From Lama glama (Eukaryota): DNA of 64,000 bases. The stretch is taken from assembly GCA_028534125.1 (NCBI GenBank), contig CM052847.1, positions 23,312,001-23,376,000 on the forward strand, read 5' to 3'. Below are positions 38,501 to 50,070 of the stretch, piece after piece (positions within the stretch are counted from its first letter, which is position 1; every line of letters starts with the position of its first letter). The notes under the pieces were generated by a model. That model was not told the DNA's origin. It searched no databases and saw only the letters and a program-made list of their open reading frames with translations. The position numbers were made by a program, and so were the translations under genes.

Positions 38501-40758
38501 TATTAACACACACATCTGCTAGGAAGACTGACGGATGTGGCTTGGGGCCCTGTAGGCAGAAACACTGGTTGAAGTTCAGCTGCCGAAGAGGCCCATTGCT
38601 GAACCCTGTTGCCGTGCCCACTCTGAGCGTAGCTCCCCAGAGTCCAGTGCTGCAGAGCTGCCTCCTGTGGCCCGAGTTGTGGGGAACCACCTCGACTCCT
38701 CAGAAACCCAGCACGACATCAGTGCTTCGGACTTGTCTCGACATCGCACGTTTCCACTTGGCACGTGCTACTTAGGTTCAGAGAGTCAGGTGCTGACGCC
38801 CGATCGTGCTGATGCTGTGGTGGGCGAACTGCTGGGTGGAAGAGCACCACTCAGCTGAAGGGTTCAAACAAGAACTGCGCTGGGTTGTCCATGCTGTGTT
38901 CGGGACATGAGTCCACGTATCTACAGCTGGAGGTTAAACATAACTCGTTTGTTTACTAAGTCCTCGGTACCTAACTCTTTTATAACAGTAAGAAAAAAAT
39001 GACTTTTACTGTGTGTCCATGTGCAACGTTTTTATTATACAGTTGAACTTCAAAAGTTAATCCTCTTTTCTAGTTAATATGACGTGCAGTATCAAACATG
39101 TTTGTTTTCATTTCTGATAAGCTTTGGTTGGAACAGGTGTCTTTGCTTTCCTGCTCATCGTTTCTGCAAGTACCCCGTTATCTTTAAGTTCTGGGGAGCA
39201 TTATGGATCTCCTTATTTAAAGAAATTCCAGCTTACATTCTTTGGCAAAGTGAAGATTTTATTAAATGTGTGCTCCCTGCTATGTGCCTTGAAATCTCAG
39301 ATTTTTGTACCTTGGATTTTTGAAACTTGGAAACACCTTGTGCATCAGCTGTTCGCATGCCCTTACAGATGCAGCTCCTCCGTGCGTCTGCAAGATGGGA
39401 GATGCGTTCCCAATCACGTGTATTTTTTCTTGATACTGCCTTGAGTCATTATAGTAAATTTGTGAATTAAGATAATTTAGAGAGAACATGGATTAATTTT
39501 GCTCCAGTTAATATTTGGGATTCAAGGACTAGTGAGGGAAATTATTTCAATCACTGCATTCAGCTTGAAGAGGCCCAGTGAAAGTCCTGTGTGCCTCTGA
39601 GGTGCACACACCTTTCCTGGCCCCGTTGTTCTCTTTCCTGGAGACCTGCCTCAGTTTCCCAAACCCACAGATGCCGAGAGCAGTGGCCGTGGTTAACCAT
39701 GGGGAAGGGGTGTCACAGAGAGGGGGGCGAGTCGTAGCTTTCATAGTGCCTCCAAGTTGAGTGATGGTAGTTTTTCAGTCTGGCCGTGTTTATTCCCAAA
39801 CTGCAGCCTTGGGAAACCAAGTTAAGACTCCTTTTTCGTTGCTGCCACTGTCATCTCTGGAGCCCACCTGGTGACTGCGATTGCAGGGTGGGGCAGCACA
39901 GGGCTGTACTCACAGGACTGTGCCCGTGCAGCGCCTCCAGCTGGTTCTAGGTTCCTAGGAGCACCTGGGAAAGATACCTAGTCACCTGGGAACAGTACAC
40001 AGCATCAGAGGAGCTCACCCAGGTTGCTTTCTGGAGTCTTCCCACTGTGCCCCTGTAGACGGTTCGGCAGGTAGAGATGGGCACCAGGACGGTGGGAGAG
40101 GAGAGGAGAGGAGAGAGGGTCTTGGGGACAGAGTGGTGGGGTGACACTCCCTCTGCACACTGCTGAGCTGGGCCGTCTCTGAGCGGGGTCTGGATCGTGC
40201 TTCACACAGCCTTTGGCCTCTTTTCTTGTCCTAGTCTTGTGGACGAGTAGGGCTAGACACCCCGATTTCAGGTCCACAAGTTTCCAGGCTCCCCTTCGTT
40301 ACTGTGCTGAGAAACTTGAAACCTTCTCAATGAGGACCACTCAGCAGATTTAGCCAATGAAAGTCATGCTCACCACTTTCTCAGAAAAGAAACTAAAGGA
40401 AAGTACCACAGGACCAGCCCCACTGACCGTGTGTGTCAGAGACATTCGCTCAGGTCCACGTGTCCCTGCCTGGCCATCCGTTTCTCTCTCCTGTCGCTCT
40501 GTGGACATGTGGACATCTTTTCAGATTTTTTTTAGCCTTTAGTGGTACAGTGATTGATTTTAACAATTCCCATATTTGGCATTGTTTTTGATCTTCTTTT
40601 TACTTTGTTCCCTGCTTTTTGCATTCTCCCCCCCACCCCCCTTCTTCACCCCACTTTGATTGTCGGGTGTTTGTTTGTGTGTCTGTGTGTCCCTGATTTT
40701 CCGTGTTCGTCGGTCTGGTGTTCTCTCCCTTCCCGGCTCCCTCCTCCTGCCGCTGTAG

Positions 40759-40788
40759 CCCCACCGGCTGTGGACGCTGGCTGAGCAG
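40759..40788 (+). CDS. DIP2C: Alternative 30-nt in-frame DIP2C microexon encoding PHRLWTLAEQ
   Basis: ctgtag|CCC CAC CGG CTG TGG ACG CTG GCT GAG CAG|gtaggg; phase 0/0 matches the flanking exons; long AG-free pyrimidine tract upstream; I recall this insert from DIP2C isoforms (unverified). Confidence 0.85.
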
Positions 40789-42104
40789 GTAGGGATTTCC
40801 GCTCACCCACACCGGTGCCTGCCCACCACCGGCTCCGACCCTGGCCCCGGGAGTGAGTGCAGAGACTGGCTGGGCTTCCCCACCTGCAGCCAGGAGGGCT
40901 GACGGCCAGCGTGATGTCCACTCTCAGACTTCGTCTGACGCCTCGCATCTGTGGCAAACGCTGTGCTTCTGTTGTACACGATCAGTGGTGTCTTGGCCAG
41001 TTTGCAGTCATCTCTGTTTCACTCCATTTTCCACTTCTAGTGACCCGCTTCCTGGTTTGTGTTTTTGATTGGCCTCTTTGGGTATGCACTTTGCATCACT
41101 CCGCACTCAGAGCTGGTCTGCAGCACAGCTCCACTGACAGGCACAGGTCAGCGAGGACGCTGTGGCCTCACTGCAGGGCAGCCCCGTCCTCCAGGCTGAC
41201 TGCATGTGCTTTCTCGGGGGGGGACTCCTGGGTGGCCTAGTATGTTGTGATGAAGGCGTCTTTATTTTTATGTTTTTCTTATATTTAAACATGCCTTTGG
41301 TACAAGATTAAGATTCTCTCCTGAGGAACTTTAGTCCTTCAAATAAACTCTCAGTCTCTGTTATTTTTTGGCACAGTTTTGTTAGCTTCCATCTTTTTCT
41401 ACTCAAGGTTTGGCGTTACCTGCCCAAGAAATTCACATAGAATTTTGGTTGGTAATGTAGCTTTAAAGCCATGGTTCTTCGTGAATAGAGATCACTGTCC
41501 AGAAGTCAGCCTGTCCTGTGTTTTGAAGGGGTTTGCAGCGCCAAGGTGAGGTTCTGGACTCCTTGTTAAATAAGTAGGGGCTCGGACCACAGGGCGCGGC
41601 CGAGGCAGCCAGTGGTGAACACAGTCTCCCTGACCTGCCCCCTCGCTGGAGGCAAGCTGAGGCACACGGAGAACCGGGAGGACCGGCAGTCCTTTCTCTC
41701 CCTCCTTATCCTGTCGGCTCACGTCACGAGTTCTGCTCTAACGTGTCGAGGTCTAAGCGTTCACCTTTCAGGACGCGTGTGGTGAAGCACCTCTCAGCCG
41801 TGAGGCCTCGTGTCCTCAGCGGCCTGCTTTTGCCAGACGCTGCCTCAGCAGTGCCAGCCTTTTATTAGGCAAGATGCCCCTTTCCGATTTTCGTAGACGT
41901 GACTGAGAGGCAAGCTGTGGGAAAGGCCAGCATTAATAACACGCTCCTGTCAGAGTTAGGTTATCCGTTGAGAGGTGCAGTTTTAGTGCTTTGGGTTTGG
42001 TTCAGTTTCAGACGTTACCAGAGAAATGCTCCCCAGCCAGGGGAACGTGCAGACACAGCTCTCAGGGCAAAAGTGGGTTAACCGCACCGTGTCCTTGCTT
42101 GCAG

Positions 42105-42166
42105 GGGACCTCGGGGCCCGACCCGACCACCGTCTACGTGGACATGCGCGCTCTGAGACACGACAG
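42105..42166 (+). CDS. DIP2C: DIP2C exon: GTSGPDPTTVYVDMRALRHD(R)
   Basis: ttgcag|ggg ... cag|gtactg; within ORF 41991..42446. Confidence 0.95.
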
Positions 42167-42699
42167 GTACTGTGGTTTTGTGTTTGTGGCCCCAGCATCA
42201 GAGAGGAGTGCGGGACGGTCTGCTCCAGGCTGGGTGGTCCGGGGAGTGGGCTTCCCCGGCGCTCACGCCCCGGGGGGCACCCGCTCTGCTCTGAGGGTGG
42301 ATGGAAGGGTCGGCCCAGAGCCGCCACACCCAGGCCGCGTGTCCTCACGGTCTGCCCGGGAGACTGTCCTTCTCTTCAGCATTTCAGTCAGGCATCGCTT
42401 TGCACCTCATGAAATACCAACACTCAGCCCACGTTTCTTTATGTGAATTGAAATGTTCTGTCAAGGTATTTCCACGAAAAACCACAATGCAGGTCAGGGT
42501 GCCTTTCTGTGCAGCTTCCTCAGCAGCCTGAGGGGATGTTGCTGGTGGGTGTGTGTCAGTTTCACCTCAAGGAAGGGAAGTTGGGAGGGTGAGGGCTCTT
42601 CCGAGGAGCTTCTGCCCCAGCAAGGGGCTCCCCCTGGTTCCTGAAGGGCAGAGAAAATCCTGCATTTTCCTACAGACACCCCACTGATGAGGCCACTTC

Positions 42700-43350
42700 T
42701 CTGGTGTGGATGTGGAGATGTCCCTCCACTGACGTTTCTGTGGCACGACTGGCGAGGGTGGAGGTGCTGGTGGACATTTGGACGGCCAGACTCCGTGCTT
42801 CCGTCCACACTTCCTCACGTGGTGCCTCCCAGCACAAGAGGGTGGGGGAGAGTGGTCGTGAGCTGCGGTGGGGAAACCGGTAGACCCCGGCCGGCCCAGC
42901 TGGCGTGCTCTGCGATGGGCCTGAGTCCCCTGTGATGACCACGTCCTGGGACGTGACCTGGGCCTCCCAGAACCCCACGAGGCCCGTGTGGGCGTGCAAA
43001 GCAGCCTCCTTCCTGAGAGGACAGTGTGGGAGGGACATCGGGGCACACGGACCTAGGAAGAGCATCACGTGATCTGACCCGGGGCACTTACAGGACATGT
43101 CGCTATGTTGCCTCAAAACCGTCAAGGTTGTCAAAAAGGGGCGTCAACTGAGGAGGTCTCTTGGGGGGAGAGGAGGACACATGGTCCTGAGGCAAAAGCT
43201 GAGAAACAGGACTGACCCTGACCTGTGGGCAGTGAGGACCGCCCCACGTTGACCCTGTGGGGTAGTACTGTGAGATGCAGTTAACGCCACATGCAGGGAG
43301 TCCTCACTGTCTGAACAGGTCTTCTGTGAGCCTCACACGCTTCCAAAAAT
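42700..43350 (+). mobile_element. GC-shifted L1MC/MD 3' UTR relic
   Basis: cctcaaaaccgtcaaggttgtcaaaaa is an L1MC/MD hallmark; boundaries approximate. Confidence 0.5.
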
Positions 43351-44254
43351 GGTCTGTTGATGGGAAGGAAAAGCCAAGGAGGTCTGAAAACGGAAGCTTT
43401 TTCTGAGTTTACTGTGAGTGAATTTCCCATCACAAGCTTACTAATGGATGGGAAGCATGAAGAGTTGACCCCACTATTGCTGCGGGAGTAGGACCTCGGG
43501 TCACATCTTCGTCGGGACTCGCCCTCAGGGACCCGAGGGCCGCCGGGCTGCGTGGTCCTGGCTGGGAGCCTGTGGGCACGTCCAGAAGAGGCGTGAGGAG
43601 AGGGCAGCCTGGGCAGTCCTGGACGTGGCTGCGCCCCAGGGCATCCACCAACAGGGTCCCCTTCAGCCGGAGGAAGGAAAGGAGAAAAGGCTCACAGAGT
43701 CTGGACTTGAGGGGGTGGTGGGGAAGAAGCTGCTGGTTTGTGGCTCGGGAGGAAAAGGCCGCGTGAGCACGCGGGCGTCCGGCCGGCCAGCGCCGCTGCG
43801 GGCTCTCCTCGCTGCTTTGGGCGGCACGTGACGGCAGCTTTTGCTCAGCGCCTCCCTTGGAAACTGCAGTGCCCTGCGGTGTGTTTTGTTGTCTTGCTCC
43901 AGTTTGGGATGGTATTTAAGTAGGATTTTTTCCCTTATGTTTCTAGCGATTTTTTCTTTTATATGTTTGACTAGCAGCAAAGGAAATAGCCAGATGTTAA
44001 AGTCCAGACTTTGACAGTAAAATGTATCTCATTCCTCTTCTCTCTTTGCCTTAGCTGTCATGAAGCTGAGAATTAAATTCAGTCTCAGCAGCTGGATTAA
44101 CTGACCTCAGTCTTTGAAATACTCCAATACATCCCATCTCTTGGGATTTTTTAAATGTGTTCAGATGTACTTGTTATGTTATGTTGGATCTCTTGGATGC
44201 TTCAGGTTATTTTGGGAAGAAGATGTAGTTTAAATGTGTAATTGAGACTCTCGG

Positions 44255-44522
44255 GGGGGGATGTGAATGAAATGGGTGACAGGGTCGAAAGGAGGAAGCC
44301 CCTGGTTATGAGATAACCAAGCCTTAACAGCACCGTGCGACATGTCTGCCGGCTGCTAAGAAGAGGGCAGCGTCCTCGTCACAGGAGGAAAAGAAGAACG
44401 TTTATGAACGTGTGACGGCAGGAGGTGACCAGGCTCACCGTGGGGACCACTCGGGGGGGCTGCACACACCGGGTCCTTGTCACGTGCACCTGACACTGCT
44501 GTTACACCTCAGTTCTTAAAAA
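44255..44522 (+). mobile_element. GC-shifted L1MA-type 3'-end relic
   Basis: gaaatgggtgacagggtcgaaagg...ggttatgagata...acacctcagttcttaaaaa. Confidence 0.5.
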
Positions 44523-46833
44523 TGGAAGAGAAAGAAGACAAAAGACAGAAGCGCTGGGAGCAAAACCCCGGGTGGGTGGAGGGCAGCGCGGGCTCGGGGA
44601 GGCTGTGTGGCGGGGATGGAGCGCTGGCCCCAGCCCGGAGCCGCAGCACTGCAGCCTGTCCCGCTGTGAGCGCGTGCGCGGGAGGATCTTTCGGGCAGTG
44701 GCTGGCTCAGAGTTAGCACTGAATACACGTTTGCCATTTGAGGAAAAAGGAAAATAACGTGCTCAGAAGAAGCAGAAATCGAATGCTGTGAACAGCGTCC
44801 CTGTTTAGCTCTAGAGTTACTGAATAATAAGCCGTTCCTCAGAATTTCTGTGGACGTTCTTTGTAGTCACTGAGCTGGTGTCATCTACGCCTGGGAACTG
44901 AGAGAGAAAAACCTGAAGTCAGTGTCATACTTGAAGGAATAACTGCCCCCCACCTCCCGGGACATGCTGCGTTCCTGCCGCTGCACAGGTCATGTCCCTG
45001 CTGAGCCGTGCCGCGTCAGACCCGTCCCCCCGCCACCCGGCAGCGAACACTCGTCCTGAGCAGAAGAAACGAAGCCCGCTGGCCCCTCAGCAGCGCGTCT
45101 GCGCTGCCTGGGCCCCTCTGTGACGGTGGACGGCCCCCTGCCTGTGCCGTGCAGATAGGGCGCATCCCCCAGGTCTTACTGACCCCCAGAGGTGTCGCTG
45201 CCAGGACATGCCCGCACTGGGTTTGTCCATGATTCTGAAGCCACTGTGGCGAGGGCCAGCACTGCTGCGGAGCAGGTGATGTGCCCTCGATGGTGACAAT
45301 CCGCTGAGGGGCAGGCGGCCCCGGGAGGCGGGAGCGCTCACCCCCTTTGCCAAGAACCGGCTGCCCGGAGGGGCGAGCTGTGCTCCTAGCCAAGAGGCCC
45401 CAGCCACCCTGTCTCCCTCAGTGCGGCCCGTGCTTCTGAGCGCCCCGCCTGCCTGCTGCTTGTGCGTGTCGCCGGCTCTTTCGGGAGACGCGTCTCTGCC
45501 TCTTTCTGTTGGAGTGGTTTTCTCGCTGTGGACGTCTGTCTTCTCGAGTGGATGCAGGGCTGCCTCTGAGTGAGTCCGGCACCCCCGCCCCTGCTCTCCC
45601 AGGACTGCTGACGCACTGCACCGTTTGCGTACTGACCAGAGAAGAAATTTCTTTTTCTTTTTTCACATCTGCCCTCCACCCTTGCCCCGGCCCCTCAGCA
45701 GCCCAGCCGGGAGATTCCTGCCATAGATGCTCCTGGTTTCCCACACTTCAGATGAGCTCTGCAGCTGAGACTCCGTGCGCCTGCCTGCGTCGGAGGCCAG
45801 GGTCAGCAGGGAAGGGCAGGAAGAGGGCAGGGAGGCCTGCTGGTCAGAGCAGCAGAGGCTGGCCAGCACACGGGGCCAGCAGCTCCCCTGCTGAAGGAGC
45901 CCGGGCCGTGGGCTCACCCCAGTGCTGACAAGAACCTTGAAGGGAGGGGCGTGGGTGTGGGTGCGGGTCGCAGCCCTGGGGGTTCGCTCCCACCGTTGTG
46001 GCCTGAGTGGTCTGGTTCCATTCCTGACACCAGGTGCCCACTCAGAAGCCGTCACCATCATAACGCGGCCACCAGAGCTACCTGGCAGGGGTTTGGAATG
46101 TCCTCAGGGAGTAGTGGCAGTGAGTGGACAGCCAGCAGAGTGGAGCTTGTCCAGAATGGCCCTCATTTTTGACAGTTTTTGCTCCCTGGCCTGACCGCCT
46201 GGCCTCTGCAGGATGCCTGGCCCACACGCTGGCTGACTGCCCACCCCCCAGAGGACAGCAGCCCCGCTTGGGGGCCTAGCCAGCCGTTACTGCCCCTTCC
46301 TCTTTCCTTCTCCCCTCTTCCCTCGCTCCTGCCCCTGCCTGCCCACCACCTGCCCAGCCAGCTTGGCCTTGTTTCTCTGTTGCTTCTCCGTCTGCAGCCA
46401 ATTGCCAATGTCCAGAATCCCCAGTTGGCCAGCCAGCCCTTGGACACAGGCTTCTTCACTTAATCTGACTGCTCAGATCAGCCTAGTTTTATTTCAGTGT
46501 GACAGACAGGGCCTCCTGACCCCACAGGCTATGGAAGTCATCGTTCCCAGCATTGCCTTTTCCTGCGAGCATCACGTCTGTCTGAAAGCCGCTACGGGTG
46601 AAGCTCCGTAGATCCTAAGTACTGTTCAGGTGGTCATTGTGAGTGGTAACCTGCCCTAAACTGCATTACGCTACCTGGGGCATAGAGGAGTTTAAGTTCC
46701 TTTTAATTCTGTCTTAGTGCAGCCAGTGATCTACTTTTGCAGGTAACACCTTTAAGCCTATCAGCACACAGGCAGACCTCAGAGATACTGTGGGCTTGGT
46801 TCCAGGCCACCACAGTAAAGCGGGTCACGTGGT

Positions 46834-46940
46834 GGGGAGGGTAGAGCACATGGTTAGCAGGCACGAGGCCCTGGGTTCAGTCCTTGGTGCCTCCATTAAA
46901 TAAGCAAATAAACCTAGTTACCTCCCCCCAAAAACACACA
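46834..46940 (+). mobile_element. tRNA-derived SINE (camelid Vic-1-like) nested in Tigger1
   Basis: ggggagggtagagcacatggttagcaggcacgaggccctgggttcagtcc (B-box-like) + aaataagcaaataaacctagttacctccccc + A tail; the Tigger1 motif aaagcg.gtcac is degenerately duplicated on both sides. Confidence 0.75.
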
Positions 46941-47863
46941 AACGTGAGTCACTCGAATGTTTTGGTTCCCCAGTGCATGTAAGTTACGTTTACACTATAT
47001 GATAGTCTATTAAGTGTGTGATAGCATTATGTCTTTAAAAAAAAAAGGCACACCCCTTAATTTTAAAATATCTTACTGCTAAAAGATGCTAATTATCATT
47101 TGAGCCTTCAGGGAGGAGTAATCTTTTTGCTAGTGGAGGGTCTTGCCTCAGTGTTGGTGTTTGCCTGACGGATCAGGATGGCGGTAGCTGAAGGCTGCGG
47201 TGGCTGTTTGCCACCGTAAGTGACTCTCCCTTTCAAGAACAGTTTCTCTGTAGCGTGCAGCATGTCTGATAGCGTTTCACCACAGAGCTTCTTCCAAATT
47301 TGAGTCCATTCTCTCAACCTTTGCTGCTGTTTCATCGACTTAGTTTTTGTAATATTCTCAATCTTTTGTTGTCATTCCAACAATCTCCACAAGGAGTAGC
47401 TTTCCTCTCAGGAAAACACTGTCTTTGCTCATCCATAAGAAGCAGCTCCTTGCCCACTCAAGTTGTGTCCTGAGATCAGAGCAGTTCGGTCACATCTTCA
47501 GGCTCTGCGCCCAGTTCTCATGCTGCTTCCGCCACATCTGCGGTAACTTTCTCCGCTGAAGTCCTCAGCCCCTGCAGGTCGTCCACAGCGGCTCCGATGA
47601 ACTTCTTGCAAACCCCTGTGAATGCTGATGCTGTGACCTCTTCCCAGGAATCATGAATGTCCGTAGTGGCACCTAGGATTGTAAGCTCTCCCCAAAAGGT
47701 TCTCCACTGACTTTGCCCGGATCCATCAGCGGAATCACTGTCTGTAGCAGCTGGAGCCTCACAAAATGTATTTTGTAAATAATGAGACTTGAAGTTGAAA
47801 TGACCGCTTGCTCGTGGACTACAGAAAGAATATTGTGTTACAGGCACAAAAACAACATTTATG

Positions 47864-48045
47864 NNNNNNNNNNNNNNNNNNNNNNNNNNNNNNNNNNNNN
47901 NNNNNNNNNNNNNNNNNNNNNNNNNNNNNNNNNNNNNNNNNNNNNNNNNNNNNNNNNNNNNNNNNNNNNNNNNNNNNNNNNNNNNNNNNNNNNNNNNNNN
48001 NNNNNNNNNNNNNNNNNNNNNNNNNNNNNNNNNNNNNNNNNNNNN
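47864..48045. other. Assembly gap (N run) inside Tigger1
   Basis: N run. Confidence 0.99.
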
Positions 48046-49960
48046 GGCAGAGCAGACGTAGCTTCATTCTCAAGGGCCCTAGGGCTTTTGGAATGGCCAG
48101 GAGCGTTGGCTCCTAGCAGGAGGGTCAGTCTGACCTGTGAAGCTTCGAGGCCAGACACAGACTTCTCTGCAGCTGTGGAAGTCCTAGATGGCATCTCCTT
48201 CCCACGTAAGGCTGTTTCATCTGCCTTGAAAATGTGTGGTTTAGTGTAGCACCATCGTGAGACTTGGGCGGGACCTAGGGCAGCGCTGCGGCGTCTGCCT
48301 CGGCTCTGGCTGCCTCACCTGTGCTCGTGTGTTGTGGAGACGGCCTCTCTCCTTGACCTCAGGGACAGCCTCTGCTGGCGTCAGCCTCCTTCCGCAGCGC
48401 CCTCCCCTCCCTCGGCCTCCATGGGGTTGGAGAGCCGGGGCCTGGCTCTGGGCGAGGCTTTGGCTGAGGGGCTGTGGCGGCTGGTTTGGTCTTCTGCCCA
48501 TCTCAGCAGTAAGCGTGCTTGGCTTTGTTACCATTCGTGTGTTCACTTTTAATTTCCTTTGAGTACTTTTCCTTTGCATTCACAACTAGGCTAACTGGTG
48601 CAAGAGACCGAGCTTTCAGCTCATCTCAGCTTTCAGCGTGCCTTCCTCACTGAGCTTAATCATTTCTGGCTTTTCATTTAAAATGAGAAGCATGTGGCTT
48701 TTCCTTGAGAAGAGCGTCACTTGAACACTCAGAGGACATTACGGGTTATTAAGCGGCCTGATTTCGAGATCATCGCGTTTCAGGGAATAGGGAGGCCGTG
48801 GAGGGAGAGATAGCAGAACAGCCGACCAGTGGAACAGTCAGAGCAGATGACTTTTGTTAAGTTCACCATCTTACGTGGGCAAGTTCGTGGAGCCCCAATT
48901 ACAGTAGTGACATCAAAGATCACTGATTGCAGATCCCCATAACATAATACATATGATAATGAAAAGTTTGAAATATTGCCAAGAATTACTACCAAAATGC
49001 TACAGAGAAAAGAAGTGAGCAAATGCTTTTGGAAAAATGGCGCCTATAGACTTGCTCAGCGTGGGGTTGTTGCAAACCTGCGACTCGTGAAAGAACGGTA
49101 CCTGCAAAGCACGCTGACCCAAACGCGGGGGACGAGGCGCGCCTGTGTCTGAGCTTAAGTGGAGCAGACGCAGGTCGTTTTCCCTCGAGAGCCCTCCCCT
49201 CCCGCTGTCTGCAGCCGGGTCTTCCTTGGGACAAACACCGGGGGCTCAGTGGTTATCAGACCGCCAGATTTGCTGCAGGAAGCTCTTCTGCCCCGTCGCA
49301 TCACTGCTGCAGCCGCCTGCCAGGCTTCCTCCGCTGCTCTTGTCTCAGCAACACGAGGCACCGCACGAAAGCCTAGGTGGGAGGCAGGGCGTCCTCTGCC
49401 TGGAAGTAAGATCTTTCTAGCTGCTGAGAGCTGGGAGCCCCACAGCGGCCCTCTGTCAGCACCTTGTCTGCCTGCCTGCCTCATGCCGACGTGGTCACCC
49501 ACACCCTGGGGCCTCATGCTGCGTGGCCACCAAGCCCTGACTCTCGGGGGCCCCCCCTTCAGCAGCACTTGTCAGTTACGGGGGCAGATCTGTGCTGATA
49601 CGAAGACCAGGTCACGGTGGTGCATTGACAGCCCTGCCCTCCGCCCTCTGCAGCCGGACGTTGCGGCCTGTCGGTGAAGGATCACATCACAGTCTCAACA
49701 CAGCATGGCAGAGATGTAAAACCAGCCCTGGAGGCCACAGAACACCTGGCATAATGCAGCTGGGAAGGACTTGGCCACCTCAGGTTGTGACTGGCACCAG
49801 CGTCCTCTAGAGTTCTTAAAATTAACATTGAGTAGTTTTTTAATTGAGAAGAGCTTATTTTTTGAAGGTAGATTTTGCTGTCTGAATTGGCCTGTCCTCT
49901 CCCCGCTGGGCCCCACTGAGCCCGGTTTAGGAGGTGGATTCTATGCTGCTGCCTCTGAGG

Positions 49961-50070
49961 CCCCTCCTGTGGCTTGTGGTGGCAGGGCTATGACGTGTGG
50001 CCCCTCCCGTGGCCTGCAGAGGCAGGGCTGTGGCCTGGGGCCCCTCCCGTGGCCTGTGGTGGCAGGGCTG
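49961..50070. repeat. 40-bp minisatellite, about 2.75 copies
   Basis: cccctcc(t/c)gtggc(t/c)tg...ggcagggct repeats at 49961, 50001 and 50041. Confidence 0.9.

Larger units (their letters stand above)
46769..49145 (-). mobile_element. Near-full-length Tigger1 (TcMar/pogo) DNA transposon with a decayed transposase
   Basis: Both TIRs present: caggcagacctc (46769) and acgaggcgcgcctg (ends 49145); minus-strand ORFs 47518..47847 and 48241..48579 give Tigger-transposase-like text (DSADGSGQSQWRTFW, IHDSWEEV, PLSQSLAQSQA). Confidence 0.9.

Noticed and set aside
41041-41081. Possible second mini-exon downstream of the microexon that starts with TGA (cttctag|tga...tgg|gtatgc)
   Set aside because: Weak donor and no additional support; more likely part of the microexon's flanking regulatory sequence
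44560-45560. CpG-rich stretch as a possible internal promoter / CpG island
   Set aside because: The whole locus is GC/CpG-rich and nearby repeats are GC-shifted; no distinguishing promoter evidence
46834-46895. tRNA gene
   Set aside because: The A-box/D-arm region is missing and an AT-rich SINE tail follows; it is a SINE, not a functional tRNA
47108-48579. Possible domesticated Tigger transposase gene (TIGD1-like)
   Set aside because: The frame is broken into several short ORFs with frameshifts and stops; this is a decayed copy
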